Positions 35,683 through 45,164 of a stretch of DNA of 64,000 nt are shown here, in pieces. Numbering within the stretch: position 1 is the first letter of the stretch; the number at the start of each line of letters is the position of its first letter. The notes under the pieces were generated by a model that searched no databases, had not been told where the DNA came from, and was given only the letters and a program-made list of their open reading frames with translations. Location of the stretch: positions 2,830-66,829 of the forward strand of contig CAYVTI010000009.1 of the NCBI GenBank assembly GCA_964454545.1, in the 5' to 3' direction. The DNA comes from an uncultured Rickettsiales bacterium. GTDB lineage: Bacteria > Pseudomonadota > Alphaproteobacteria > Rickettsiales > JABCZZ01. A program made the translations under genes and the position numbers.

Positions 35683-37998
35683 TTACCTGGAAATACTACG
35701 CACTTGCTGATCAACTTCGGAACGGAGTTTATCCGACTGTATAGCCTGCCAACGCATGCTATCTCCAGTTGGTAGCAATCTCGGATTTATATCAGTAACA
35801 TACCAGCTGTCTCTGGGGTTAATAGACTTAGCTTTATCTTCATCACAGGGATATAAATCGCCATAGCCATAAGCCAGTCTTGCACGGGTTGCTGAAGCAG
35901 CCGTTGGTTCCCTATCCGGATTTTCCAAATATTGTTTGGTATGCTCATGCCCGCTTTCAGCAATGAGCTTTTCACGGACCTCAGGATTCTTACCCATATA
36001 TTCTGCATACGAAATAACATGTCCTTCATTAAACGCGGTGTAAATTTGTGCCACTTGAAAATCCGCTAAGTTCTGGCGGTGATGTTTGTCCGGATTAATT
36101 TGCATGAACTTATCTTTAAAACCTTTCAATGTCTCAAGATCTGCTCCCAGAGACGCCAATTCCGCAAGCATAACCGCCAGACTCGCATGGTGCATCGAGC
36201 ACCCATATCCCACTATTTCACCTGCATGAGGGCTTCCGGTAGTTCCAAAAGGATCATAGCTGCCGCGTCCTGGAACGGGCACAGACAGCATCTTACCATC
36301 AGCACGTATAATTTCCAGAAATGCCCCCTTGCCTTCAGTTTCCATATGGTATTTCACTTTTCCTTTGGGAACGGTTCTTTTAGGCAACAATACATCAAAC
36401 CCCATAGTTTCCTGGGCTTCACGGTATTTAATGTGATATTTGCGGGTATCAGGGCGATATTGTGATCCTTCAAATCCAAGACTTATGTCATCCATGGGAA
36501 TGGGAATCGGTTTTATCGGTTTCAAACCAAATGTTTGCTGTACAAACTGCATTATATGACTACGTCCGCTTTCCGGGTAATGCTTTTGCCAGTCATGCAC
36601 CAGTTCGTTGATTGTGTCCTTATTTTCAGAAAGTACATTTCTTACTGAGTCCAGATCATTGGCAGCTTCTTTAATCGCATAAGCCAGTGATTTTAAGGAA
36701 TCTGCTGTTTTTTTGTTTCCCCGCCCTTCTTCAAACAGTCCGGCAGAGTATATAATATTTCCTATATCCTGCTTAAACATACCGAAATCACGTTTACTAT
36801 TCCTGCTCTCCGGAACATATATTGACGCATTTCCCCACGCTGCCTGAAGTTCCTTCTCACTCCATAAGCGGCCCGCTAAAACACGCAATGCATTCCCCCG
36901 CTTTTCATTAGTATCCATTATATTCATTACCAGTGAAAGGCGGCCAAGTTTTTCTGGGGATTGTACGCTACGGAATAACTCTATACGATCTGCCATAACA
37001 GTATTTTCATGGCAGCGAAGCCCATACTTTTCGTCCAGATGATCAAATAAAGCAGATAGCTCCCCTACCCCAAGCTGAGCGGCACCAACGAGGTCCGGCT
37101 TAACCATTTCCACGGCCCTTCCTGTTCCAAACCACCTGTACATTCTGTAAAGATCGGAAACCGGTATCTGCGTATCTTTCCTGTAATCCAGAATGGGAAC
37201 GTCGCCTATCAGTTTGGGTATTCCTTCCACATGCAGATCGAGAAGACGCTCATACAAAGTCTTAGTTTTATATCCTTGCGGAGCATACGAAAACGGTTTC
37301 AGATAATCCTGCATGCCCGTATGCATATTCAGCCTCTCTAATGGAATGTCTTTCCTGTCTGCCAAATACGCCAGAATCATTCTTCCGACCAGGCTGTCAT
37401 TTTCTGCGGCGGGCTCTTTTTGATGTCTTAAGGCAGTACTAACCTTCGTATTTAAAGGTTCCGGAAGACTCTTCAGTATATCTTGCATGCCGGAATCAGC
37501 ATTAATTTTCTTGAAATACAGTTCTAATTTATTATCCCATTCTGCTTTTATCTGCTCCGAAGTCTTATCGGCATACTCCTTTGCAAATTCTTTATATTCT
37601 TTACAATGCCTGACGGCATAAGGAAAACCAGACCAGAACCGTGCCGTTTCATCATAAGTAAGTTTTGCACCCGCTTCCGCATAGCTTTCCAATACCCGTC
37701 CGACTGTCGGTAGAAGCAAGCCAATATGCACCGCCGGCCACACGTTCCAATCCTTTGGTCTATCCCAGTTTCCCCCTTTACTTTTTGCCTGCCTGGCTAC
37801 TTCCATTGCGAGTCTGGAATCAAACATGCTTAGAGAGTCTTTCGGTTTACCGTCACTATCCAGAATATCCCGCCGCCAATCATCCTTCCCCAGCATGTAA
37901 GATAATGAGTGATTAATAGCAAGCATGGAGGAAAACAATTCTTTTACAGGCAATACGCCTTTAATCTCATTATCGAAAGGACTAGCCATATATTCCAA
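35683..37998 (-). CDS. large hypothetical protein (orphan, possible secreted effector)
   Basis: 771-aa uninterrupted ORF. No signal peptide, TM segment or known domain recognised. AT-rich codon usage relative to core genes. Confidence 0.65.
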   Translation of the reverse strand: MEYMASPFDNEIKGVLPVKELFSSMLAINHSLSYMLGKDDWRRDILDSDGKPKDSLSMFDSRLAMEVARQAKSKGGNWDRPKDWNVWPAVHIGLLLPTVGRVLESYAEAGAKLTYDETARFWSGFPYAVRHCKEYKEFAKEYADKTSEQIKAEWDNKLELYFKKINADSGMQDILKSLPEPLNTKVSTALRHQKEPAAENDSLVGRMILAYLADRKDIPLERLNMHTGMQDYLKPFSYAPQGYKTKTLYERLLDLHVEGIPKLIGDVPILDYRKDTQIPVSDLYRMYRWFGTGRAVEMVKPDLVGAAQLGVGELSALFDHLDEKYGLRCHENTVMADRIELFRSVQSPEKLGRLSLVMNIMDTNEKRGNALRVLAGRLWSEKELQAAWGNASIYVPESRNSKRDFGMFKQDIGNIIYSAGLFEEGRGNKKTADSLKSLAYAIKEAANDLDSVRNVLSENKDTINELVHDWQKHYPESGRSHIMQFVQQTFGLKPIKPIPIPMDDISLGFEGSQYRPDTRKYHIKYREAQETMGFDVLLPKRTVPKGKVKYHMETEGKGAFLEIIRADGKMLSVPVPGRGSYDPFGTTGSPHAGEIVGYGCSMHHASLAVMLAELASLGADLETLKGFKDKFMQINPDKHHRQNLADFQVAQIYTAFNEGHVISYAEYMGKNPEVREKLIAESGHEHTKQYLENPDREPTAASATRARLAYGYGDLYPCDEDKAKSINPRDSWYVTDINPRLLPTGDSMRWQAIQSDKLRSEVDQQVRSISR

Positions 37999-38131
37999 TG
38001 CGTTGCCGTGTAACTGATTACAATATTTGTAATTTTCGTATCTCTAAAATATCGCATAAAAGTAAATAAATAGTGAAGAACCCGTTAACAATTATTTAAG
38101 AATTAGGTGTTACAGTATCCGGGCATACGAC

Positions 38132-39676
38132 ATGAAATACTGGACAGATAATATGTTGCTTAATGGGAAAGATTTACAGCCGCAGCAGATTGCTGCCATT
38201 GCAAATGGCGAGATTACCAATATCCAGGTAGATCCTGCTGTTCTGAGGCATGTGGGTGATGTCCATCGTGCATATAACGAAAGAATGAATAATTCCTCCA
38301 CGCCTGTATATGGAGGTAATACTGGTTGGGGAGCAAGGAAAAATGTAAAGGTAGACGACGGCAATAGTAATGCCGGTGTTACCATGACTATCAGCGCTAC
38401 TACTTCTGATGCCTTTGGAAAATTGGATCCCGGGGTCAGCAAGGCGATGCTTGCCATCCAGATAAACGGTATTCTTGCAGGCGGAATCGGAGCAGCAAGA
38501 CCTGAGCTTGTTAAAAAATTAGTGGATGTTTTTAATAGCAATGATTTGACATCCTTTCCGCGCATTCCTGCCATAGGGAATGGGCAGGGTGATTTAAACT
38601 CCGCAGCTATTTTTGCTAAATGGTGGATGGATAAGGATAAGAGCTTTAATGTCGAACCCGGGGAGGCCTTGGCCCTCATTGTAGGTAATTATTATCCGGA
38701 TGCGCTATCGGCAATTCTGGCTTCCAAATTAGATAAGCTGATGAATATGGTATACCTGACGCATGTAGTCAGCAGTGAAGCTTATGGTGCGCAAACGGAA
38801 GCCATGCATCCCGCCGTGGCAGAAGCGCGTCCCATTCCTAAGCTTTCCGATTCCATCGGATATCTACGCCATTATCTGAAAGGAAGCAGATTATTGGAAG
38901 AAGGAGCCAACAGAAATCTGCAGGATCCGAACAGTTTCCGGGTAGTGCCCCATGCCTGCGCTGCCATAGAGCATCAACTGGAGGAACTGACACAATATCT
39001 TGGGGTAGAGATCAATTCCTCTACGCAGAATCCACTTTTCTCGGAAAAATCAAACCGGGCCATACATAATGGTAACTTCAACACCATACATCATTCTATA
39101 ACCATGTCCGCACTTCAGCTTGCCATGGCTGAATACGCGCATCTTTCCTTCCAGAAATTATCAAAATTATGCGACCCTAAGTTCAATGGGGCTACCAGCG
39201 GTTTCAGCACTCTGGAGATGCCCGTATCCGGCCTTCATGCACTTAATCTGGCCCCCATTGCAGGCCAGGCATTAGCTAACATTACACAACTGGCGCAAAC
39301 GAATATTACTCAAAACTTTGCCTTGTCTTTTGAAGATAATATTGAAGACACTGTTTCAGGTGTATTCCAACAGTCTCTGAATGCGTCCAAGATGCTTGAT
39401 TACTTGCAGACCGTGATTACGTGTGAATTGATAGCAGGGGTTGCAGGTATTAAGCATAGAATGGAAAAGGGCGAAATTAATAGAGATCAACTATCTCCTT
39501 CGGTCGCTAAAGTTTATGATGCTTTATCTGGCAAAATAAATATATCGGGTACGATGGATAAGATGCTGGATGTAGATCATCTGTTTGATGGTTTATCCAT
39601 GAATGAATTATTTCCTGCACGCCATGAGGATAAGCATATTTCCCGCCAGAAAGAACTTGGCTCCAGGGGGCGTTAA
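38132..39676 (+). CDS. aromatic amino acid ammonia-lyase (HAL/PAL) family protein with non-canonical MIO motif
   Basis: 514 aa. VYGGNTGWG, QDPNSFRVVPH and STQNPLF align with HAL/PAL blocks. The GSVGASGDL block reads AIGNGQGDL (GQG at nt 38582-38590). Confidence 0.8.
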   Translation: MKYWTDNMLLNGKDLQPQQIAAIANGEITNIQVDPAVLRHVGDVHRAYNERMNNSSTPVYGGNTGWGARKNVKVDDGNSNAGVTMTISATTSDAFGKLDPGVSKAMLAIQINGILAGGIGAARPELVKKLVDVFNSNDLTSFPRIPAIGNGQGDLNSAAIFAKWWMDKDKSFNVEPGEALALIVGNYYPDALSAILASKLDKLMNMVYLTHVVSSEAYGAQTEAMHPAVAEARPIPKLSDSIGYLRHYLKGSRLLEEGANRNLQDPNSFRVVPHACAAIEHQLEELTQYLGVEINSSTQNPLFSEKSNRAIHNGNFNTIHHSITMSALQLAMAEYAHLSFQKLSKLCDPKFNGATSGFSTLEMPVSGLHALNLAPIAGQALANITQLAQTNITQNFALSFEDNIEDTVSGVFQQSLNASKMLDYLQTVITCELIAGVAGIKHRMEKGEINRDQLSPSVAKVYDALSGKINISGTMDKMLDVDHLFDGLSMNELFPARHEDKHISRQKELGSRGR

Positions 39677-39695
39677 TACACCTTCCGGAATAAGC

Positions 39696-39731
39696 AAGCC
39701 GCTGGCTTTTTTGGTATTACTGCGTAATACC
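39696..39731 (+). terminator. candidate terminator hairpins after the HAL-like gene
   Basis: AAGCC-GCT-GGCTT followed by TTTTGG (39696-39712), then GGTATTAC-TGC-GTAATACC (39713-39731). Confidence 0.4.
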
Positions 39732-39842
39732 GTAAATTCGCTAATTAATAGAGAATCGGCACAGATCGCCGCTCACCGCAGACTGCGCACTCGCTTCAGG
39801 AATCAGTCTCCTGTCTCCTAGAGATATACCCACCGCACCTGT

Positions 39843-40808
39843 TCACAAAACACCGGAAAGCACGCCTGGTATACGCGAAGCAATTGCATTAAGATGTTCC
39901 GTTCTGATTAACCAGTCCTTACGCTTCTTGGCAGGAACCTCCGAAACATCCCGCCGCGGTAATATGGCGGGAATGAGATAAGTTCCGTCATCCGTTTTTG
40001 TGCCGCCGATCTCTGCCCAGAATTGATCGTAATCGCTATAGATACGTTGTTTTTCTTTTGAAAGATGTTTGGAAATATGCGCCATATTCGACGGCGAATG
40101 TATTTCTGTTGCACCTATATGTTTCGCTACAGCGCACACTGCCTCTATGACTGCACGCTTTGGCCTTAGTCCGCCAAGCTCACGTGTTGCTTTTATCACA
40201 TTGCGTTTATTATCTTCACTGGCAGGAGTTGGTCCCTGCAATCCGCCAATCATAATTATCACACCGCCTGACTGGTTGTGCCCCAATACAAAACTTGTGG
40301 CAGCAAGCGGAACAATAGAACCCTCTGCCTGTAAAGCAATGGTAAGTTCCCCTTCTTTGTCGAACTTACAATCGCGGTATATTGTCAGAATATAGGGCAA
40401 GCCTTCTTTTTTACCTTCAAGTCTTATAAGCTCTGTTTTTTTTCCTTCCCATATGGCACTTGCAAGCGCTACCGGAAAATGTTTGGCCATAAGTTCAATA
40501 TGGCTAGTAAGGAGGGATATACGCTCTGCCACACTGTATGAAGTTCGTAAAAAAGGACGATAAATCTTGGCCGCCAGCTCAATGGATGTGTTCTTGTGCC
40601 CCGCAAGCAGCGGGTTACGGTTTATATAGCTAAGCCATTGCTTCGTTTCCTTATAGAAGAAACAGGCGCGTAACAGGTATAAAATTGCTTGCTTTCCGCT
40701 TTTATGCTTATACAGCTGGACAGTGTATTCTGAAATCTCATTTCTAAGCGAAAAACACTCCTTGTCTAAGTTCATGTCCGATGCAGGCATATTATAGTAC
40801 ATATCCAT
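39843..40808 (-). CDS. VirK/YbjX family protein (DUF535)
   Basis: 321 aa. IGGLQGPTP....IKATRELGGLRPKRAVIEAV and YSDYDQFWAEIGG blocks match the DUF535 pattern. Confidence 0.75.
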   Translation of the reverse strand: MDMYYNMPASDMNLDKECFSLRNEISEYTVQLYKHKSGKQAILYLLRACFFYKETKQWLSYINRNPLLAGHKNTSIELAAKIYRPFLRTSYSVAERISLLTSHIELMAKHFPVALASAIWEGKKTELIRLEGKKEGLPYILTIYRDCKFDKEGELTIALQAEGSIVPLAATSFVLGHNQSGGVIIMIGGLQGPTPASEDNKRNVIKATRELGGLRPKRAVIEAVCAVAKHIGATEIHSPSNMAHISKHLSKEKQRIYSDYDQFWAEIGGTKTDDGTYLIPAILPRRDVSEVPAKKRKDWLIRTEHLNAIASRIPGVLSGVL

Positions 40809-41014
40809 AAAAGTTATGGTATATATACGGGATAATAAAAAAAGGAAGCTAAATCGATTTTACAGCGAAGACTTTTTCCATTTTATTCGTATGTATCCGA
40901 TTATTCAGCCTTAAGTACACCGTAATCCGGACAGGCTCGGAATACATCCTCATCACGAGAATATTCGGTACAATTACCACTATGAAGATGGTGGAAGCTT
41001 TGTAAGGAACGCCG

Positions 41015-41647
41015 CTATATTCCGGATACGCCCATCTGTTCTATCATATAAGTCTCCAGCATTTCCCGTGAAGGGCTTGCGATGGGCGGGCCCACGCGAT
41101 AGCACAAGGCTCCGAAGGGAAACACCAGCATAAATCTATCCCAGCTTGCCAGAAGCCTGTGCCTGGTGCTGGAACAGGTGACGGGTATGACGGGAACATC
41201 GGCAAGCCTGGCTAAGGTGATAACACCTTCCCGAATTTTGAGCCGTGGCCCCCTCGGCCCATCGGGCGTGATGGCTACATGGCCTCCGGCCTTCAGAACC
41301 TTGATTGCATTCATTGCGGCGCTTCTGCCTCCGCGCTTGGATGACCCCCGAATCACCTGGATGCCAAAACGGTTTATGGTCCGGGCGATAATCTCACCAT
41401 CGTGATGCGTGGAAATCATGACATGCGTCTTAGCCTTCGGACAAACGGGAGCGATCATAAGAAGGCTTCCATGCCAGAAAGAAAAGATGGCAGGCGAGCT
41501 CCCTGCGAGATAGGGAGCTGCGAGAGGATTGACATCCATGCGCTTACGCGATGTGTAATACACAAGCCAGATGTAGGCTGCGATAAGAAAAGAAAGGAAA
41601 TCCTGAACCGGAGACGAACGCAAAAACCGTTTCAGCATCTTTTTCAT
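41015..41647 (-). CDS. DUF374 domain lysophospholipid acyltransferase family protein
   Basis: 210 aa. N-terminal TM segment, FWHG, SxHxDGE (STHHDGE), GSSKRGG, ITPDGPRGP motifs. ATGA overlap with the upstream helicase gene. Confidence 0.75.
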   Translation of the reverse strand: MKKMLKRFLRSSPVQDFLSFLIAAYIWLVYYTSRKRMDVNPLAAPYLAGSSPAIFSFWHGSLLMIAPVCPKAKTHVMISTHHDGEIIARTINRFGIQVIRGSSKRGGRSAAMNAIKVLKAGGHVAITPDGPRGPRLKIREGVITLARLADVPVIPVTCSSTRHRLLASWDRFMLVFPFGALCYRVGPPIASPSREMLETYMIEQMGVSGI

Positions 41648-42846
41648 ACGGCAAAATTTACGGCATTATTTTTCTGCTGCGGGGTAAAGGAATTGCGAAA
41701 GTTCCGGCGCCTGCGCGTTTTGCCGTTTTTCTTGGCGGCGGTAGGATGCGGTTGAGAGGCTACGGCCTGAGGATCCATGAGCCGCTGAATTTCCCTCCAC
41801 TTCCCCATATCTTCAGGAGCAATGAGACTCAAGGCTGAGCCTTCCGCCCCCGCGCGCGCCGTGCGTCCGATACGGTGAATGTAATCTTCCGCGCATTGCG
41901 GCAGGTTATAATTAATCACATGCTCGATATGCGGAATGTCAAGTCCCCGCGAAGCGATATCGGTTGCAACCATGATACGATGCTTGCAGGCGCGGAAAGC
42001 CGTAATGACCTTGTCACGCTGGTTCTGACGCAAGTCGCCGTGGATGGAATCCGCGCTGTGGTTTTCGCGGCGAAGCCGCTTAGCCATTTTCTCCGCGCCC
42101 CACTTGGTTTTTACAAAGATAATCACAGAGCCTTCGCGCTGCTGAAGCTGGACAAGCAGCTGGTCATATTTATCCGCTTCCGACACATGCAGGGCTTCCT
42201 GCTTGATTTTAGCGACGGGCGTCGAAGTCGCGCCAACCGATATGTGCACCGGCTGTTGCAGGTATTTCTGCGCCACTGCTACAATATTTTTCGGCAGGGT
42301 TGCGGAAAAAAGCAGTGTCTGGCGCTTCTGCGGCAGGTATTTCATGATTTTTTCGATTTGCACCATAAATCCCATGTCCAGCATGCGATCCGTTTCGTCC
42401 AGTACCAGAAACTTGGCCTCGTTCAGCATGAGGGTGCCGCGGGACAAATGATCATATATGCGTCCCGGCGTGCCGACAATCAGCCGCGGCTGCCTGCGCA
42501 GCTGCTGAATCTGTTTAGGCATGGATTCGCCGCCAATGAGCAACGCATGGTGAATGGGGGTATTCTCCAGAAGCTTCTGCAATGTCTGCATCACCTGAAC
42601 AGCCAGTTCGCGTGTGGGCGTCATTACAAGCGCCGTTCCACGGGGATCGGACATCAAGCGACATGCCAGCGGGATGCCGAACGCGGCGGTTTTGCCGGTT
42701 CCTGTCTGCGCTGAGCCCAGGATATCTTTTCCTTCCAGCGCGGGAGGGATGGCCTGGGCCTGAATAGGGGTGGGAGTGTTAAATTGCATGGATGCAAGTG
42801 CCTGCATCAGCGGTTGGGGTAGTGCGAGTGTATTAAAATTTTCCAT
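41644..42846 (-). CDS. rhlE: DEAD-box ATP-dependent RNA helicase
   Basis: Q-motif region, AQTGTGKT, PTRELA, DETD (DEAD variant as written in the ORF: VLDETDRMLDMGF), SAT, HRIGRTARAG, basic C-terminal tail. Start set at MENFNTLALP (42846). The ORF opens at 42894. Confidence 0.9.
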   Translation of the reverse strand: MENFNTLALPQPLMQALASMQFNTPTPIQAQAIPPALEGKDILGSAQTGTGKTAAFGIPLACRLMSDPRGTALVMTPTRELAVQVMQTLQKLLENTPIHHALLIGGESMPKQIQQLRRQPRLIVGTPGRIYDHLSRGTLMLNEAKFLVLDETDRMLDMGFMVQIEKIMKYLPQKRQTLLFSATLPKNIVAVAQKYLQQPVHISVGATSTPVAKIKQEALHVSEADKYDQLLVQLQQREGSVIIFVKTKWGAEKMAKRLRRENHSADSIHGDLRQNQRDKVITAFRACKHRIMVATDIASRGLDIPHIEHVINYNLPQCAEDYIHRIGRTARAGAEGSALSLIAPEDMGKWREIQRLMDPQAVASQPHPTAAKKNGKTRRRRNFRNSFTPQQKNNAVNFAV

Positions 42847-42924
42847 AATTATTTTTATTTCTGCGCAAGCGACATGGCAGGGTAAACCTACCACGTGCTT
42901 TTTGCAATGTCATTGGGGATGGAC

Positions 42925-43143
42925 TCAAGCAGCGTCAGCGCTGATGAGCTTCAAATTAGCGGCAGAAGTCCTGCCTTTGTTTATTGCCCGTTCATAACTG
43001 ACGCGCTGGCCTTCCGCCAGGTCTGCAATACCAGAACGTTCCAGAGCGCTGGCATGCACGAATACATCGCTGCCGCCTTCTTCCGGCTGAATAAACCCAA
43101 ATCCTTTAGTCATGTTAAACCATTTTACTTTACCGATCGCCAT
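42925..43143 (-). CDS. cspA: cold-shock protein CspA family
   Basis: 72 aa. [15 protein letters not shown] (RNP1) and DVFVHASAL (RNP2). Long upstream untranslated region (43144-43384). Confidence 0.95.
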   Translation of the reverse strand: MAIGKVKWFNMTKGFGFIQPEEGGSDVFVHASALERSGIADLAEGQRVSYERAINKGRTSAANLKLISADAA

Positions 43144-43384
43144 TGTTGTTTCCTTTTAGTCATTAAATATTTCCAGCCGCTTAACCATTAAGCAGCCTTG
43201 CTAAGAGCCTTAATCCAAGTAACGCTTGCAGCGAAACCGGCTCTTAGTCACACCATCTGGATCAACAATCTGGAGATCTAAATTGCCCTGCCGGGCATAC
43301 AGCCTATAGGCCAGTAAATGTATTAAAGAGTAAATAAAACTCAGGCGGCACTATATCTATCTTTTTGCAAAACACAAGATAAAT

Positions 43385-43400
43385 CGGCACAGGGGTGCCG
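43385..43400 (-). terminator. candidate rho-independent terminator after degP
   Basis: The minus strand reads CGGCAC-CCCT-GTGCCG followed by ATTTATCTTGTGTTTTG, 20 nt after the degP stop. Confidence 0.4.
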
Positions 43401-43419
43401 GAAGCAAGGAATCGGCGAA

Positions 43420-44883
43420 CTATCCGACAACGATAAATAACACCGCATCGCCGCGCTGGATATTGATTAGCAGATGATTCTTGTCTGATTTTTCAGTCTT
43501 GGCAAGATCGTCCAGATTGGCCACAGGCTGCTGGTTGATCGAGAGTATAATATCCCCTTCCTGCAACCCTGCGAAAGCCGCCGGGCTGTCCGGATCCACC
43601 TTCGTCACCAGCACACCCTGCACTTTGCCATAGAGAGGATGGTTCTGCGGTATGGCGGAAAATACGGCGCCTTTAAGCAAATCCATTCCCTCCACTTCCG
43701 TCTCGTTTGCCGCTGCTTCCGGCTTGCCGATAGTAGCCGCCAGGGTGATATGCTGCCCTTTGCGGATCAGTTCAAGCTCCGCTTTCTCTCCAACGGATTT
43801 AAGCCCCACCATCGTGCGCAACCCCGCCGCCCCGCTTACATTCTTACCGTCGAGGAGGATGATGACATCCCCCTCCTTAATGCCCGCCCTCGCTGCCGGG
43901 CTATCCGGCATTACTTTGGTGACGATGGCTCCCGTATCGACATCAAGACCAAGCGCATCCTTAAGCTCCGGCGTCACATCCTGAACCTGGACTCCGAGTT
44001 GGCCACGACTGATTTTTCCATGCGCAATCAGCTCCTCCATCACCTGCTTGGCCATATTGATCGGAATGGCAAAACCGATGCCAACATTGCCTTCGCCACT
44101 GGAAACGATAGCGGTGTTAATACCGATCAGTTCTCCCTTGAGATTGATTAATGCGCCGCCGGAATTGCCGGGATTGATGGAAGCATCCGTCTGAATGAAA
44201 TTCTCATACCCCTCAATGCCAAGCCCCGTACGACCCAGCGCGCTGACAATACCAAAGGTAGCCGTATTCCCTAATCCGAAAGGATTGCCGATAGCCATGA
44301 CAAAGTCACCCACCTGCAACGTATCTGAATTACCTAATGGCAGAGCGATAAGATTGCCCTCCTTCACTTGCAGCAATGCGATATCCATGTCAGGATCCGC
44401 GCCAACCACCCTGGCCTTCGCTTTGCGCTTGTCCTGAAGGACGACATAGATCTCCTCCGCCTTGTTGATCAGATGCTGGTTGGTAACCACGTAGCCGTTC
44501 TTGGCGTCTACTATCACGCCGGAGCCAATGCTCTGCGTACGTTGCCTGACGGGCTGGTCAGGGTTATTGAAAGGAAGCCCGAAAGGGCCGAAGAAACGCC
44601 GGAAGAAAGGATCATTAAACAGCGGATTGGATTGAATGTTCATGCTGCCTGAAGCGGCAATATTGACCACGCCGGGCAATGCTGTTTTAAGCACAGGCGC
44701 CAGGGTAGGAAGGCCTGCAGATGGCGTTACCACCGGCACAGCGGCGGCAGGCAGGGATGCAGATGCCGCAGGCGGCACAGTGTGCATGGCGCTATGCTGC
44801 CACCCGATCATGCCAGCCCACACTCCTATGGCCGCCGCTACCAGCCCTACGATAAACACAACAAAAAGATTTGGGCGTTCCAT
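43420..44883 (-). CDS. DegP/DegQ/HtrA family periplasmic serine endoprotease with two PDZ domains
   Basis: Catalytic blocks TNQHL (His), DIALL (Asp), GNSGGAL (Ser), followed by two PDZ-like regions. Start set at MERPNLF (44883) before the signal-anchor. The ORF opens at 44958. Confidence 0.9.
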   Translation of the reverse strand: MERPNLFVVFIVGLVAAAIGVWAGMIGWQHSAMHTVPPAASASLPAAAVPVVTPSAGLPTLAPVLKTALPGVVNIAASGSMNIQSNPLFNDPFFRRFFGPFGLPFNNPDQPVRQRTQSIGSGVIVDAKNGYVVTNQHLINKAEEIYVVLQDKRKAKARVVGADPDMDIALLQVKEGNLIALPLGNSDTLQVGDFVMAIGNPFGLGNTATFGIVSALGRTGLGIEGYENFIQTDASINPGNSGGALINLKGELIGINTAIVSSGEGNVGIGFAIPINMAKQVMEELIAHGKISRGQLGVQVQDVTPELKDALGLDVDTGAIVTKVMPDSPAARAGIKEGDVIILLDGKNVSGAAGLRTMVGLKSVGEKAELELIRKGQHITLAATIGKPEAAANETEVEGMDLLKGAVFSAIPQNHPLYGKVQGVLVTKVDPDSPAAFAGLQEGDIILSINQQPVANLDDLAKTEKSDKNHLLINIQRGDAVLFIVVG

Positions 44884-45164
44884 ATTTTTCCTTATGGGTA
44901 ATTTTCGCAATCTACGTAATCGGGGTATCAGCACTGGCATCCAGCTTGCAGCTGACAAAACAGGCAGGATAGTATGGATTATGGCAATTACTTCATGAAA
45001 AAATAAATCGCTATGAGAAAGATGTTCCAGTAAATCAAAAACGCATAAACTATAATACGAAAGAAGAGTGCCCGCTGTTATAATCGGTATTCTTTATATA
45101 TTACCATATCGCCTATTATAGAAAGTTCCTTCTCACAATTCAGAGACAATAAGGATTTCTACCT

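Larger units (their letters stand above)
33468..41014. mobile_element. putative degraded genomic island at tRNA-Gly (right boundary uncertain)
   Basis: tRNA, then an integrase remnant, then six non-housekeeping ORFs. Hand GC counts on sample 60-nt lines are 28-43% inside versus about 53% in the lpx cluster. No att direct repeat found by eye. Confidence 0.5.

Noticed and set aside
35569-35775. 68-aa plus-strand ORF covering repeat copy A, and a 22-aa Cys-containing ORF in copy B (MPNKCDKCLCPKEGNATRRFNK)
   Set aside because: The conserved nucleotide blocks are read in different frames in the two copies, so there is no shared peptide. The first ORF also overlaps the 3' end of the 771-aa gene in antisense.
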